The position numbers and the translations under genes were made by a program. Under the pieces are notes generated by a model, which did not search any database, was not told the DNA's origin, and saw only the letters and a program-made list of their open reading frames with translations. DNA of 47,687 bases from an uncultured archaeon (GTDB lineage: Archaea > Altiarchaeota > Altiarchaeia > IMC4 > SCGC-AAA252-I15): NCBI GenBank assembly GCA_902384455.1, contig CABMCB010000025.1, forward strand, positions 1 to 47,687, written 5' to 3'. Positions 1 to 8,985 of the stretch are shown piece by piece. Within the stretch, counting starts at the first letter, position 1. Each line of letters starts with the position of its first letter.

Positions 1-499
1 AGTACTTCTGCGCGAGGTTCTCGAGTTTGTAATTGAATGCCATCTCATCCAGGATGGCCTCGGCCCATTGGATGTCCCGCCACTTGGCGAACACAGGTGT
101 GATGCCGTGCGACTGACCCCAATCGCCTTCATACATGAGGTTAGCGCCGGTCAGCTCCCCTTCAAAGAAATTCAATTGGTCGGCAAAGTATTTTAGGACA
201 TTGTCCACCGGCAGGTTCGGGCCGTTGCGGTGGCGCATGGGGTAGTACTCGGCATGGATGAGTTTGTTTTCTTTGTCCCATGCCGCAATCGAGCCGCCAA
301 CGATGAAGCCATCTTTGCGGTAAACACCGTTGCCGTGAGAAGGAAGTTTGGGGTCCTTCGTCTCCCAGTCCCATGCAATGCGCGCAGCGCCGGCCAAGGA
401 AGGGAACCGGCACGGAAGAATATAGTCATGGGGAGCTGGCGGACATAGCCCGGCAGACATCTGCGCAAGTTCATCAGTTGAAAAGAACCCGTTCTGCAT
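1..499 (-). CDS. polA: DNA polymerase family A, N-terminal 3'-5' exonuclease domain (runs off the left edge)
   Basis: Not in the ORF track. Manual translation from ATG at 499 (GGAG upstream) is open to the edge: MQNGFFSTDE...IAWDWETKDP (ExoI DxE)...GANLMYEGDW (ExoII-like)...DIQWAEAILDEMAFNYKLENLAQKY, typical of phage PolA N-termini. Confidence 0.8.
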   Translation of the reverse strand, partial: MQNGFFSTDELAQMSAGLCPPAPHDYILPCRFPSLAGAARIAWDWETKDPKLPSHGNGVYRKDGFIVGGSIAAWDKENKLIHAEYYPMRHRNGPNLPVDNVLKYFADQLNFFEGELTGANLMYEGDWGQSHGITPVFAKWRDIQWAEAILDEMAFNYKLENLAQKY

Positions 500-519
500 A
501 ACACTCCGGAGGTGAGGGT

Positions 520-548
520 TCCCGGGGACTCAGGGCAAGTCCCCGGGA
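520..548. repeat. Perfect 11-bp inverted repeat between queC and polA
   Basis: TCCCGGGGACT-cagggca-AGTCCCCGGGA; no U-tract, so an RNA stability or processing hairpin is as likely as a terminator. Confidence 0.6.
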
Positions 549-553
549 CGGTG

Positions 554-1348
554 TTACGAAAGCAGCCCGGCTAGTTGTAAATACTGCTGCACCAGCTCGG
601 GTGCGTAGTTCGGGGAGTTCGGGAGGTCCATCAGCCCTTCGTGGTAGGCGCGCAGGACCAGCGGGTCGGGCACTCCTGCCACAAGAAAACCTTGGGCACG
701 CAGGACGTTGGAATGGTTGTTGTCCACGGGCGGATAGGCTCCGTCATAGCTTGTGTGGCTGTATCCCAGGGCCTTATAAGCGCCCGGCAAGTCTAGAGAG
801 AACAACACGGTGCCGGCTTTCGACATATTCATCAACGGGGTCACGATTTTGAAATCCTTGATGCCCAGTGCTAGGTTAATCGTGCGCACCTGGGAGTTGA
901 TGAACGACTGACGGCAGTCCGGATAGTTTGCGTTGTCTTCCTGACAAACACCCGTGACCAAGGTCCGAATGCCTTTACTCAGTGCGTAGTTCGCGGCTAG
1001 TGTGAGGAAGAATGCGTTGCGCATGGGGACGAACGTCAGCTCCACACGGTTGCCGATGACTTTTTCCATCTGCTCGAAATTCTCGTACTTCTCGAGTTGG
1101 GCAGTGGGGTCCGTCAGCGGTGAACTGCTTCGGAGGATGCCAGGCACGTCAACAACTTCGTGCTGCACACCGGCCAGTTCAGCGACGTAGATTGCTGAAC
1201 CAATTTCCCGGGAGTGCTTCTGGCCGTAGTTAAACGTCACGGCTTCCACCCATTCGTACTTCAGCAGTGCCCAGTACAAACAGGTCACCGAATCCTGGCC
1301 TCCTGAAAGCACCACCAGCGCTGAACCCTTTTTCTTGCTTGCCATCAT
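554..1348 (-). CDS. queC: 7-cyano-7-deazaguanine (preQ0) synthase
   Basis: SGGQDS PP-loop, FNYGQKH, TFVPMRN, YPDCR motifs; GGAGG RBS. Confidence 0.93.
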   Translation of the reverse strand: MMASKKKGSALVVLSGGQDSVTCLYWALLKYEWVEAVTFNYGQKHSREIGSAIYVAELAGVQHEVVDVPGILRSSSPLTDPTAQLEKYENFEQMEKVIGNRVELTFVPMRNAFFLTLAANYALSKGIRTLVTGVCQEDNANYPDCRQSFINSQVRTINLALGIKDFKIVTPLMNMSKAGTVLFSLDLPGAYKALGYSHTSYDGAYPPVDNNHSNVLRAQGFLVAGVPDPLVLRAYHEGLMDLPNSPNYAPELVQQYLQLAGLLS

Positions 1349-1428
1349 TTTACCTCCACCGGGCGGGCAGAGCCTGTATGCCAGACGTGTCGCTGCCTAT
1401 TGCCCTGATAAAAGAGAAGCACCAGTAA

Positions 1429-1457
1429 AGTATACCTCACTGGTGGTGCCGGTACAA
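1429..1457 (-). promoter_or_regulatory. Sigma70-like promoter for queC-polA
   Basis: TTGTAC-17 nt-TATACT on the minus strand in the intergenic gap. Confidence 0.7.
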
Positions 1458-1476
1458 TAGGCGATGTTGTGCTGCC

Positions 1477-1644
1477 TTACGGACGAATGATGCGCTGGCG
1501 GATGAGGTTGTTGCGAACCCCGGCATACGAGGCGCCGAGTTTCTCCGCAACCAACGTGATGCTGCCCTTCGTCTTGCCAGTTTTGAACAATGATTTGGCC
1601 TGCGCCGAGTTGATGCGCGGGCGCCGAATGGTCTTGCTTCCCAT
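1477..1644 (-). CDS. Small basic HTH-like protein (55 aa)
   Basis: GGAGGAGG RBS before ATG 1644; SITLVAEKLGASYAGVRNNL resembles a helix-turn-helix. Confidence 0.6.
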   Translation of the reverse strand: MGSKTIRRPRINSAQAKSLFKTGKTKGSITLVAEKLGASYAGVRNNLIRQRIIRP

Positions 1645-1714
1645 GACTTCCTCCTCCATGGATTCCCGGCTGCCGGCGGGTCGTGCTTGCCGGTTCAGCT
1701 CGGCACTACGAACT

Positions 1715-2623
1715 TTACGAGCCCTTCTTCTTGTGCGACCGCTTTGCCTTCGGGGTGGCCGCCTCTGGTGCCGGTGTGGGTTCCGTCGCTGCGGGTGCTG
1801 GCGATGGTTCGGACACAGGTACAGTGGTGGGCTCTGGCGCAGGCGCAGTGGGCTCCGTGGCCGGCTGGACCTTCACCGGCTTCTGGTAGACACCGAGCTT
1901 GGTCAGGGCGCGGATGATGTAGACTTTGGAGGCGCCCGTGGTCAACATGATTTGATTCACGTCGCCGCCAGTGGCCTCGTAGATTTCCCGGAACTGCTGA
2001 ACACTGTACTTGAAGACCCGTTCCTTCTTCGGTTCGTTGGCCCTCTTGGCTTCACGTTCGGCGGTGCGCTGTTCCTTGCGGAGCTGCTTGATTGCGGCCT
2101 TGCGGTTGGCAACACCACCGTCGGCGGAGAGTTGCACTTGGATGATTTCCTGCACCCGCGCCTCGTCGGCTTCGGACAGGACCACCGGAGCAACTACCTT
2201 GGCGGCCGGCTTCTCGTACAAACCCAACTTCACAAGGGCGCGGTGGGCATACGCACGGCTGGCGCCGGTCGCCTTGACCACATCGTCCAGGGATTTGGTG
2301 TTTTGGTAAATTTGGGCGAACTGCTGAACGTCGTACTTGGGCGGCTTCTTTTCCTTCGGGGCCTTGGGAGCTTTGGGCTCTTTTGGCGCCTTCGGGGTCT
2401 TGGCCTTGGACAACTTCTCGGGCACCGGCAAGATTCGATACAGGTCTTTCTTGACCTGATTCTTCTTGATGGCATCCTCAATGATTTGCGTTGCCTGGGC
2501 CAACGTGTAGTTGCCGCTGAACGGCTTGCTGTCACCGATTTGGATGAGGACTTCCGCGGGCACGGCGGCAAATTCGCCTTGTTTGAGGAAGGTCCCGTCA
2601 TCTTGTCTGGTATAAGATATCAC
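1715..2623 (-). CDS. Lys/Pro/Ala-rich DNA-binding protein with two internal HTH-like repeats
   Basis: Repeats KYDVQQF...TGASRAYAHRALVKLGLYEKP and KYSVQQF...TGASKVYIIRALTKLGVYQKP; PKAPKE repeats; GGAG RBS. Confidence 0.7.
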   Translation of the reverse strand: MISYTRQDDGTFLKQGEFAAVPAEVLIQIGDSKPFSGNYTLAQATQIIEDAIKKNQVKKDLYRILPVPEKLSKAKTPKAPKEPKAPKAPKEKKPPKYDVQQFAQIYQNTKSLDDVVKATGASRAYAHRALVKLGLYEKPAAKVVAPVVLSEADEARVQEIIQVQLSADGGVANRKAAIKQLRKEQRTAEREAKRANEPKKERVFKYSVQQFREIYEATGGDVNQIMLTTGASKVYIIRALTKLGVYQKPVKVQPATEPTAPAPEPTTVPVSEPSPAPAATEPTPAPEAATPKAKRSHKKKGS

Positions 2624-2676
2624 CTAGTTTCTCCCTTTTGCCTTGCGGCACGATTTAATCTTACCGTGAAGACCGC

Positions 2677-3273
2677 TCACGGGTCAAGCCTGAAACCCTC
2701 CCGAGCAATCAGCTCCCAGATGAAGCGGGTGTTGCGAATGGCAAACTCCCCGTCCGGTTCGCGGTGGATTTCGACTGGACAGCCCGCGGGGAGCTGACCT
2801 TTGAATGTCAGGAACAGAGTGTTGGCATACTTGTTTGCGCCCTCGCGGTGGACGTGGACACCGGGACGGCGATACACGTTGATTTCCTCACCTGTAGCCG
2901 CCTGATATTGTTCCTGGAACTTCTCAACGTGCCTGTAAAGGACCTCGGCACGGAGGATGCCGTTGGCACGAAGGTGGGCCATCCACTCGCTATCGGTTTC
3001 GTCTGCGGGGCGCGGGCGCTTCTTGGCCTGGGCGACTACCTCAAGGACTTCGTGGAGGTAGGGTTTGTTCTCTGGGTGGATGGACAACCACTCTTGATGT
3101 TGAACCTTGGTGAGGAGTTGGCTGGCCGGGACGCGGTGTTTGACGGTGGTGTCGCTGAACCGGATACTAGACAGTCCCGCCTCGGTGAAAATGATTGCGC
3201 ACTCACGGTGTAGTGGTGCGTAGATGAGTGTTTCCATGTCCCGAGTGTACCGGAGGACGTGCGGATTGTCCAA
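2677..3273 (-). CDS. Hypothetical protein (start uncertain)
   Basis: 198 aa ORF co-oriented with its neighbours. Confidence 0.55.
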   Translation of the reverse strand: MDNPHVLRYTRDMETLIYAPLHRECAIIFTEAGLSSIRFSDTTVKHRVPASQLLTKVQHQEWLSIHPENKPYLHEVLEVVAQAKKRPRPADETDSEWMAHLRANGILRAEVLYRHVEKFQEQYQAATGEEINVYRRPGVHVHREGANKYANTLFLTFKGQLPAGCPVEIHREPDGEFAIRNTRFIWELIAREGFRLDP

Positions 3274-3401
3274 TAGGACGAGAGTTACAATTTAACAATT
3301 ACCGAAGTACTAGGCCATCTCACGGGTAGCCATAATGTATAGCCACCCAATAGGCTAGAGCAAACACCACGGCCGCGATAACCTCCCGCTTGTGGCCGGT
3401 T

Positions 3402-3623
3402 TCAATTCACCACCTCCTCAACATCAAAATATACCATCACACCCTCACCCCAATGGCCTTCATACACCACCACTTCAACAGCCTTGGTCATGGCTTTGAA
3501 TACCGCAATCTTCTTCGGGTCAACTTCTTGGTGGGCGATTCGCTCTGCAGCCAGAAGTTCTTCCTCTGTGACCTCAACTGTGAAGGTGGTCACTACTTTG
3601 AATCTTCGTGTTGGTGCTGCCAT
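3402..3623 (-). CDS. Hypothetical protein
   Basis: GAGGAGG RBS; packed gene run. Confidence 0.65.
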   Translation of the reverse strand: MAAPTRRFKVVTTFTVEVTEEELLAAERIAHQEVDPKKIAVFKAMTKAVEVVVYEGHWGEGVMVYFDVEEVVN

Positions 3624-3633
3624 AATTCCTCCT

Positions 3634-3834
3634 CTACAGCTTCCCCATCAACTTCTTCAAAGCATCCACGACACCCTTCGGCACAACAATGTAGCCGGCC
3701 TCGTCCAATGCCTTGAGTACTTCCCGCACATCCCGTTCATCGTAGGCAAGTTCCTCATGACTTGGCCTTATCAGTCCCCTGCGTTTGCGGCGCATGGCAC
3801 TTAGTATTTCTGCAACCAAATCGTGCATTATCAT
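3634..3834 (-). CDS. Hypothetical protein
   Basis: ATGA overlap with the upstream gene; GGAGG RBS. Confidence 0.6.
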   Translation of the reverse strand: MIMHDLVAEILSAMRRKRRGLIRPSHEELAYDERDVREVLKALDEAGYIVVPKGVVDALKKLMGKL

Positions 3835-4076
3835 GGCGCCCTCCTAGGCGGTTTCTGTGGCACCCCAGTCCCGCGGAGTTCCCGCAGGGCGTGGTGCGCC
3901 AGTTCTGGATTCTTGCGGTGTAGGTCCCAGATTATATGAGCAACACTTTTCCGCTGAATCTTGGCTAGTAAGATTTCGTCCGGTAGCTGAGCGCACTCGC
4001 GGCAAAGATTGACATCAGGGAAGGCCCTCTGCCATACTGTCACCGTGGTTTCGCGCCCGCAATTAAGGCATTTCAT
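3831..4076 (-). CDS. Small zinc-finger protein
   Basis: CLNC...CREC. Confidence 0.55.
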   Translation of the reverse strand: MKCLNCGRETTVTVWQRAFPDVNLCRECAQLPDEILLAKIQRKSVAHIIWDLHRKNPELAHHALRELRGTGVPQKPPRRAP

Positions 4077-4129
4077 TTTGCACCCGTGAGGGGGTGGGGC
4101 GGACGTATGGAGCGACCGCCCCTCCCAGG

Positions 4130-4600
4130 TTAGGCGTGAAACCCGATACTGAGTTTCTTCACGCCAGCACTAACGCCCTTGGAAATGTTTTTGAACATCT
4201 CCTGGCGCGTTGCCGGCTTCGGGACGTATTCCGCGTCACCGAACGCCGACTGTGCCACCGACCGCGCGATGACTTCGATGGCCTGCGCGGCCGTCAGCAT
4301 CTCACGGGCGATAGCGCCACCGTTCGTTTTGGGTCCGGCAGCAACGACAACGGCACCACTGGGGGCTGCCGCGGTGAGGCGGTGGCTCCCGATGTACGCC
4401 CGATACTGTTTGGGTGCTTTGGTTGAAAGCACACGACGGGCATAAACGTCTGAACAACCAACGGCGGAAGCGATGTCCGTGATAGACTTGCCCTCCGCCA
4501 TGAGGTTAATCATTCGTTGCTGGTCGTAATGACCGGGTTTGCTGGCCACCGCAACGGCTGCAACCGGCGCGGGTGCCTGCTTCTTTGACTTGCGTGGCAT
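4130..4600 (-). CDS. HTH DNA-binding protein, possible regulator
   Basis: AEGKSITDIASAVGCSDVYARRVL HTH; AGGAGG RBS; first gene of the leftward arm at the divergent junction. Confidence 0.7.
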   Translation of the reverse strand: MPRKSKKQAPAPVAAVAVASKPGHYDQQRMINLMAEGKSITDIASAVGCSDVYARRVLSTKAPKQYRAYIGSHRLTAAAPSGAVVVAAGPKTNGGAIAREMLTAAQAIEVIARSVAQSAFGDAEYVPKPATRQEMFKNISKGVSAGVKKLSIGFHA

Positions 4601-4845
4601 GGTCTTACCCTCCTGTTTGAACTGTTTTTAGATTCCCGGGGTTCGGCCCCGCTGCCCGGTGATTGAGGTAGGTTTTAACTGCCTGCTGCTCACCGGGCTG
4701 GGGAAACTGAACCGGGTGATGCCAAACATAAGAACAAACCAATGACCAAGCATAATCTTATTGGAAACAAAAGATTTAGCTAATCGCGAGATGGGACTAG
4801 TCCTAGTAAGAATTACCTAGCCTCGGCAAGAATTATATGACGACC

Positions 4846-4895
4846 GTACTAGTACTGAGGGACCATTGAATCGGGACCGCGCTGTGGTTTACACT
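4846..4895 (+). promoter_or_regulatory. Rightward promoter with GTAC-N4-GGAC box
   Basis: GTAC-TA-GTAC-TGAG-GGAC-CA, then TTGAAT-18-TACACT; AGGAGG RBS and ATG 4916 downstream. Confidence 0.65.
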
Positions 4896-4915
4896 GGTCG
4901 TGGATAGGAGGCAAC

Positions 4916-5143
4916 ATGCTACGGGCATTGTTTAGCTTACTTAACCCGCCGGAGGTAATAGGTTCCCGGCTGGACAGGACGAGCTGGAATTACTACCAGC
5001 GATTGGAGCGCGCTAATCTCCCCTATCGCACGTTCAACGAGACGGTAGGTCGTACAGTACCGGGCTCGATAAAAGAGGGCCAGGCGGCCCCGCCAGCGCC
5101 ACCAAAGGGCACCAGGGCAAGCCGTGAGGCACAGCTTGCCTAA
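4916..5143 (+). CDS. Hypothetical protein
   Basis: AGGAGG RBS; first gene after the promoter. Confidence 0.6.
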   Translation: MLRALFSLLNPPEVIGSRLDRTSWNYYQRLERANLPYRTFNETVGRTVPGSIKEGQAAPPAPPKGTRASREAQLA

Positions 5144-5360
5144 ACCAGCCAACCCAGAGCACGTTCGCATCGTAACCGAAGGCGGTGGACAGTACATCGG
5201 GGTGTGGGAAGGCACCTTGGAAGGTCAGCGCATTGCCGACGACCTTATTCTTTTCAACAGCCAGGCAACTGGCAGCACCCTCGCAATCAAAGAAAAGGAT
5301 TTGACTCCGGAACGTGTTTCACGTAAAATTGCCGACAGTGACCGAACTTTCGGCAAGTAA
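5124..5360 (+). CDS. Hypothetical protein
   Basis: Packed ORF; start uncertain. Confidence 0.55.
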   Translation: MRHSLPKPANPEHVRIVTEGGGQYIGVWEGTLEGQRIADDLILFNSQATGSTLAIKEKDLTPERVSRKIADSDRTFGK

Positions 5361-5374
5361 CCGTGGAGGCACGT

Positions 5375-6445
5375 GTGTCCAAAGAAGTCAAGGACTTTAC
5401 TAATCTTCTCCCTGTTCCACAAGACATCCAACAAAGCCAGTTCCTCCAAATCGCCGATGGCATGGAGATTGACCCCACAGCCCTACTTCGCCGGCTACAC
5501 GACATCAATATCACGGACCTGGACGTAACGATTGATGAATCAAAGGTTGTCATTATTGCGTTCGGCTCTATGGGCTCACGCAACGAAACTGGTGCCGCCG
5601 CAGAAATGTTGACCGGGCTCGTTGGCTATGACTGGGCTAATGCAATCAAGCGGTGTGAAACGGTCGCCAAACGGCGCCTTACTACCAACCTGCTCGGCTA
5701 CGGTTATAAGCACACTCTGGAAGAAACGGTCAATTCGGCTGCCGCTTTTGCGGCTACGGAACCCGCGGTTCCGGAAACACCCGGTCCGGTGAATAATGCG
5801 CCGGCGACGGTGCTAGTTGCAAACCATCCGATTATTGAACTCAAAGATATCGTCATGACGATGCCCAACGGGAGCTCGGTGCCGGTAGTCACAGAGGCCG
5901 TTTTGACCGCAATACACAAGGAAGGGCAGCAGTTGGACGTTCAAGCCATTCCACAAACCGAGGCACCAATCACTACCCTCCCGCCTGCACCACCGAAATC
6001 CCAGGGAGGTTTCTTCGACGAGGAACCACTGCCAACCCCGCCAGGTCAGGCCGTACAACCGGAACAAGTGAAGGCCGCCGAAGTTATACCGCCACAGCCG
6101 GCGACGTTGGGGACACCAGCCGCTCCTGCTGTTGGTGTGGCGCCAGAACCCGTGCCCGTCCAAGACATTAAGATTGAACCCCAGACCGGGAACATTCCCA
6201 CGCAAGTCCAGTACCGCGGGTATACGACACGATGCACCAAGTTAGTGCGCGATGTACTGCCCAAGGCCGGTAAAGGCGCCGATGCGCTGCTGCAGCCATA
6301 TCTGCGCCGTGTGTTTGGTACTACCGAGTTTCAAAAGGTCAACGTCTTGGCATGGGAAGAGGCACTGGCGGCTCTCGAGGCAGCCCCAACGGCGAAAGAC
6401 TTGGCAATAATTTTGAACGGAGGAAAGCCCTTCACAGGCAAATAA
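5375..6445 (+). CDS. Putative single-strand annealing recombinase (Rad52/Erf-like) with Pro-rich linker
   Basis: [15 protein letters not shown] resembles the SSAP helix motif; directly upstream of ssb; GGAGG before GTG 5375. Confidence 0.45.
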   Translation: MSKEVKDFTNLLPVPQDIQQSQFLQIADGMEIDPTALLRRLHDINITDLDVTIDESKVVIIAFGSMGSRNETGAAAEMLTGLVGYDWANAIKRCETVAKRRLTTNLLGYGYKHTLEETVNSAAAFAATEPAVPETPGPVNNAPATVLVANHPIIELKDIVMTMPNGSSVPVVTEAVLTAIHKEGQQLDVQAIPQTEAPITTLPPAPPKSQGGFFDEEPLPTPPGQAVQPEQVKAAEVIPPQPATLGTPAAPAVGVAPEPVPVQDIKIEPQTGNIPTQVQYRGYTTRCTKLVRDVLPKAGKGADALLQPYLRRVFGTTEFQKVNVLAWEEALAALEAAPTAKDLAIILNGGKPFTGK

Positions 6446-6446
6446 T

Positions 6447-6893
6447 ATGGTGAACAAAGTCATACTGGTCGGCCGGCTCGGCAAAGACCCAGAAGTCCGC
6501 TATACCAACGGCGGCAAAGCTGTTGCCAATTTCTCGATGGCCACGGACGAGACGTGGAAAGACCGCAACGGCGAGAAGCAACAAAAGACAGAATGGCACA
6601 AGGTTGTGGCTTGGGAGAAGCTGGCAGAAATCATTCAGAAGTACGTGGTCAAGGGCCAGCTCGTTTACATCGAAGGTAAGCTGCAGACCCGTAAGTGGCA
6701 GGACAAAGATGGCAAGGACCGCTACTCAACCGAAATCGTCGCTGATACCTTGCGCATGTTGGGCAAGGGTAGCGGTGGGAACTCGAACAACGGGGACAAT
6801 GGCCACGAATCCTCTGCCGGCCGCAGTTCTGGCCAACAACATGATGTACCGGCAACCGGACCGGAAATCAGTGATGAGGACATTCCCTTCTGA
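6447..6893 (+). CDS. ssb: Single-stranded DNA-binding protein
   Basis: [18 protein letters not shown], acidic DEDIPF tail. Confidence 0.97.
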   Translation: MVNKVILVGRLGKDPEVRYTNGGKAVANFSMATDETWKDRNGEKQQKTEWHKVVAWEKLAEIIQKYVVKGQLVYIEGKLQTRKWQDKDGKDRYSTEIVADTLRMLGKGSGGNSNNGDNGHESSAGRSSGQQHDVPATGPEISDEDIPF

Positions 6894-6911
6894 CCTGCAC
6901 AAGAACGGAGA

Positions 6912-7065
6912 TGATAGCCGCTGGGTGCCTTGTCTTGTGTAAACCAGCGGAGCCTCCGACGCACTTAGAAGGGCTACCGCAAACACAGTAGGAGCTGCGG
7001 CAATCAGGTAAAAGTTGGGAGATACCCCGACCGGGCCTGACTGGAGGTTCCTACCACTTCTATCA
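6912..7065 (+). ncRNA. Candidate structured non-coding RNA
   Basis: Six nested stems plus possible pseudoknots in the ssb-uvrD gap; G-U wobbles favour the + strand. Confidence 0.45.
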
Positions 7066-7128
7066 AAATGAGCCGAGACAACCCATTTTATTTGCCTCAA
7101 TTCTTGATAGATTATTTGGAGAAATTTC

Positions 7129-8985
7129 GTGTCCGGACTTAATGAACATCAAATTAAGGCTGTTATGGCGCGAGATGGGTTCTTCAATGTTATTAGTGTC
7201 CCTGGGAGCGGAAAAACTGAATGTTTCTGTAAGAGAGCCCGTTCTATACTGGATGAAGGCTGCGCCCCGCGGCATTTCCTTGGCTTGACGTTTACCAAGT
7301 CGGCGGCTGAAGAGATGGAGAAGCGCGCCGGCTATAAGAGCGGTAATGGCAAGCCACGCATCTTCAGGACATTTCACGGATGGGCACTGGACTTTGCCCA
7401 ACACCACCACAATGAGCTCGGGATTGACCGCTTCCCACTTCTATTGCCACATGAGAAATACAAAATCCTTGGACCAATCTTCAAAGAAATGCCGCGCCGG
7501 TCGCTGAAGTATCGTGAGGTCGAAGAATATATTTCTCAGATGAAACGGCGCGTTAAGTCTCCCGCCGATGCAGAGAACGAGGCGGACACAGAGGCCCTAG
7601 TGAACTTGGCTGAGGCATACTACAAATACGAACGGCGCTGTAAGGTGGCCGGCAAGCTGGATTTCGACTCCCTTATCGTTGAGTCTGTGAAGATGCTGGA
7701 ACAGGACGAAGACATCAAGTTGAGGGTGGCACCACGCTATCTACAGTGCGACGAGGCGCAGGACAACGATACCCTCCAGTGGAAAATGATTCAGCTGATT
7801 ACCGGCCAAAGCCTCTTCGTTGTTGGCGACCCAGAACAGAATATGTATTCATGGCGCGGTGCGGAGCCAGATGGGTTGACGACGAAATTCGTTGAACGGT
7901 TCCCTGGTGCGCAGCAACTTGTACTGCCCGTGAACTACCGTAGCACTGGCGCCATCATCGAATACTGCCGAGAGATTTCGCCAGCCTGGAACGAGCAGGG
8001 CATGCGAGGTGTGAAGTGGTATGGTGAGCTGCCTGACTTCAAAAGGTATGCCAACGAGGACACAGAAGCGGAAACGATTCTCATGGGGTTGACGGAGCCA
8101 GATGAAACTGCTGTCCTAGCCCGCACGAATCGGCAGTTGTGCGCTTTCGAGAAGGCTGCTGGCAAGATGGATTTCAAGTACAAGCTATTGGGCAAGTCTG
8201 GATTTTTTAGTCAGCACGAAGTAGAGAGCACGATTGCCTTCGCCCAATACTGTGCAGGCGCGGCCACCGACGACACGGTCAAGAAAATTATCCGTAGCCC
8301 GTTCGATGCTGTGCGGTTCGTCAAGAAGAATGATGCTATTAAGGCGCTGGAAGTTACCAAGAGCCGCCAGGTTGGGAACGTACACTATGCCCGGCTCTTG
8401 GGGATGAATCCGACTGGGGATGTGGAACAGGACCGTTACCTGCGGGACTTGGCTTTCAACCTGAATGACTGCCGCCAGCAAATTCAGGGCAAGCCATCAC
8501 AGGATGCCTTGCGCAACGTCATCACACGGTTTGGGATTCTCAACCACTATCAGGACGACCCGGACCAGATAGACAACAATCCCGCCGACAACGTGATGGC
8601 CCTCTTGCGCATGGCGGAAAAGCGTGGCACACTCTTGGAATTTATCCAGATGTGTCACAAGGCAAAACAGGCTTCTCGCTCCACTGCCAAGCGACTAACT
8701 TTCAGTACCATCCACCAAGCAAAAGGATTAGAATGGAAGCATGTATTCGTCGTGGGTGTAAACGAGGGCACTTTGCCTCACAAGAACGGCGACCCGGATG
8801 AAGAGTTCCGCATCTACCGCGTGGCCTGCTCCCGAGCGGCGCTCAAACTCCACATCAGCTGCAATGATAAACCCTCGGGATACATAGCGCAAAAACTCGT
8901 TGGGACGGTTGTCGAGACTGGCCAGAAGGAACTTGATGCTTTGGAAATCATGTATCGGAATGCGGCAACTGGAACGTCGCAATGA
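7129..8985 (+). CDS. UvrD/PcrA SF1 helicase
   Basis: PGSGKT, LTFT, TFH, DEAQD, VGDPEQNMYSWRGA, NYRS, TIHQAKGLE motifs. Confidence 0.93.
   Translation: MSGLNEHQIKAVMARDGFFNVISVPGSGKTECFCKRARSILDEGCAPRHFLGLTFTKSAAEEMEKRAGYKSGNGKPRIFRTFHGWALDFAQHHHNELGIDRFPLLLPHEKYKILGPIFKEMPRRSLKYREVEEYISQMKRRVKSPADAENEADTEALVNLAEAYYKYERRCKVAGKLDFDSLIVESVKMLEQDEDIKLRVAPRYLQCDEAQDNDTLQWKMIQLITGQSLFVVGDPEQNMYSWRGAEPDGLTTKFVERFPGAQQLVLPVNYRSTGAIIEYCREISPAWNEQGMRGVKWYGELPDFKRYANEDTEAETILMGLTEPDETAVLARTNRQLCAFEKAAGKMDFKYKLLGKSGFFSQHEVESTIAFAQYCAGAATDDTVKKIIRSPFDAVRFVKKNDAIKALEVTKSRQVGNVHYARLLGMNPTGDVEQDRYLRDLAFNLNDCRQQIQGKPSQDALRNVITRFGILNHYQDDPDQIDNNPADNVMALLRMAEKRGTLLEFIQMCHKAKQASRSTAKRLTFSTIHQAKGLEWKHVFVVGVNEGTLPHKNGDPDEEFRIYRVACSRAALKLHISCNDKPSGYIAQKLVGTVVETGQKELDALEIMYRNAATGTSQ

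Noticed and set aside
162-504. Track ORFs 162..413, 193..504 and 230..448
   Set aside because: Shadows of the polA frame, which has an RBS and exonuclease motifs.
1469-2797. 442 aa + strand ORF
   Set aside because: Antisense shadow of the Lys/Pro-rich gene; no motifs.
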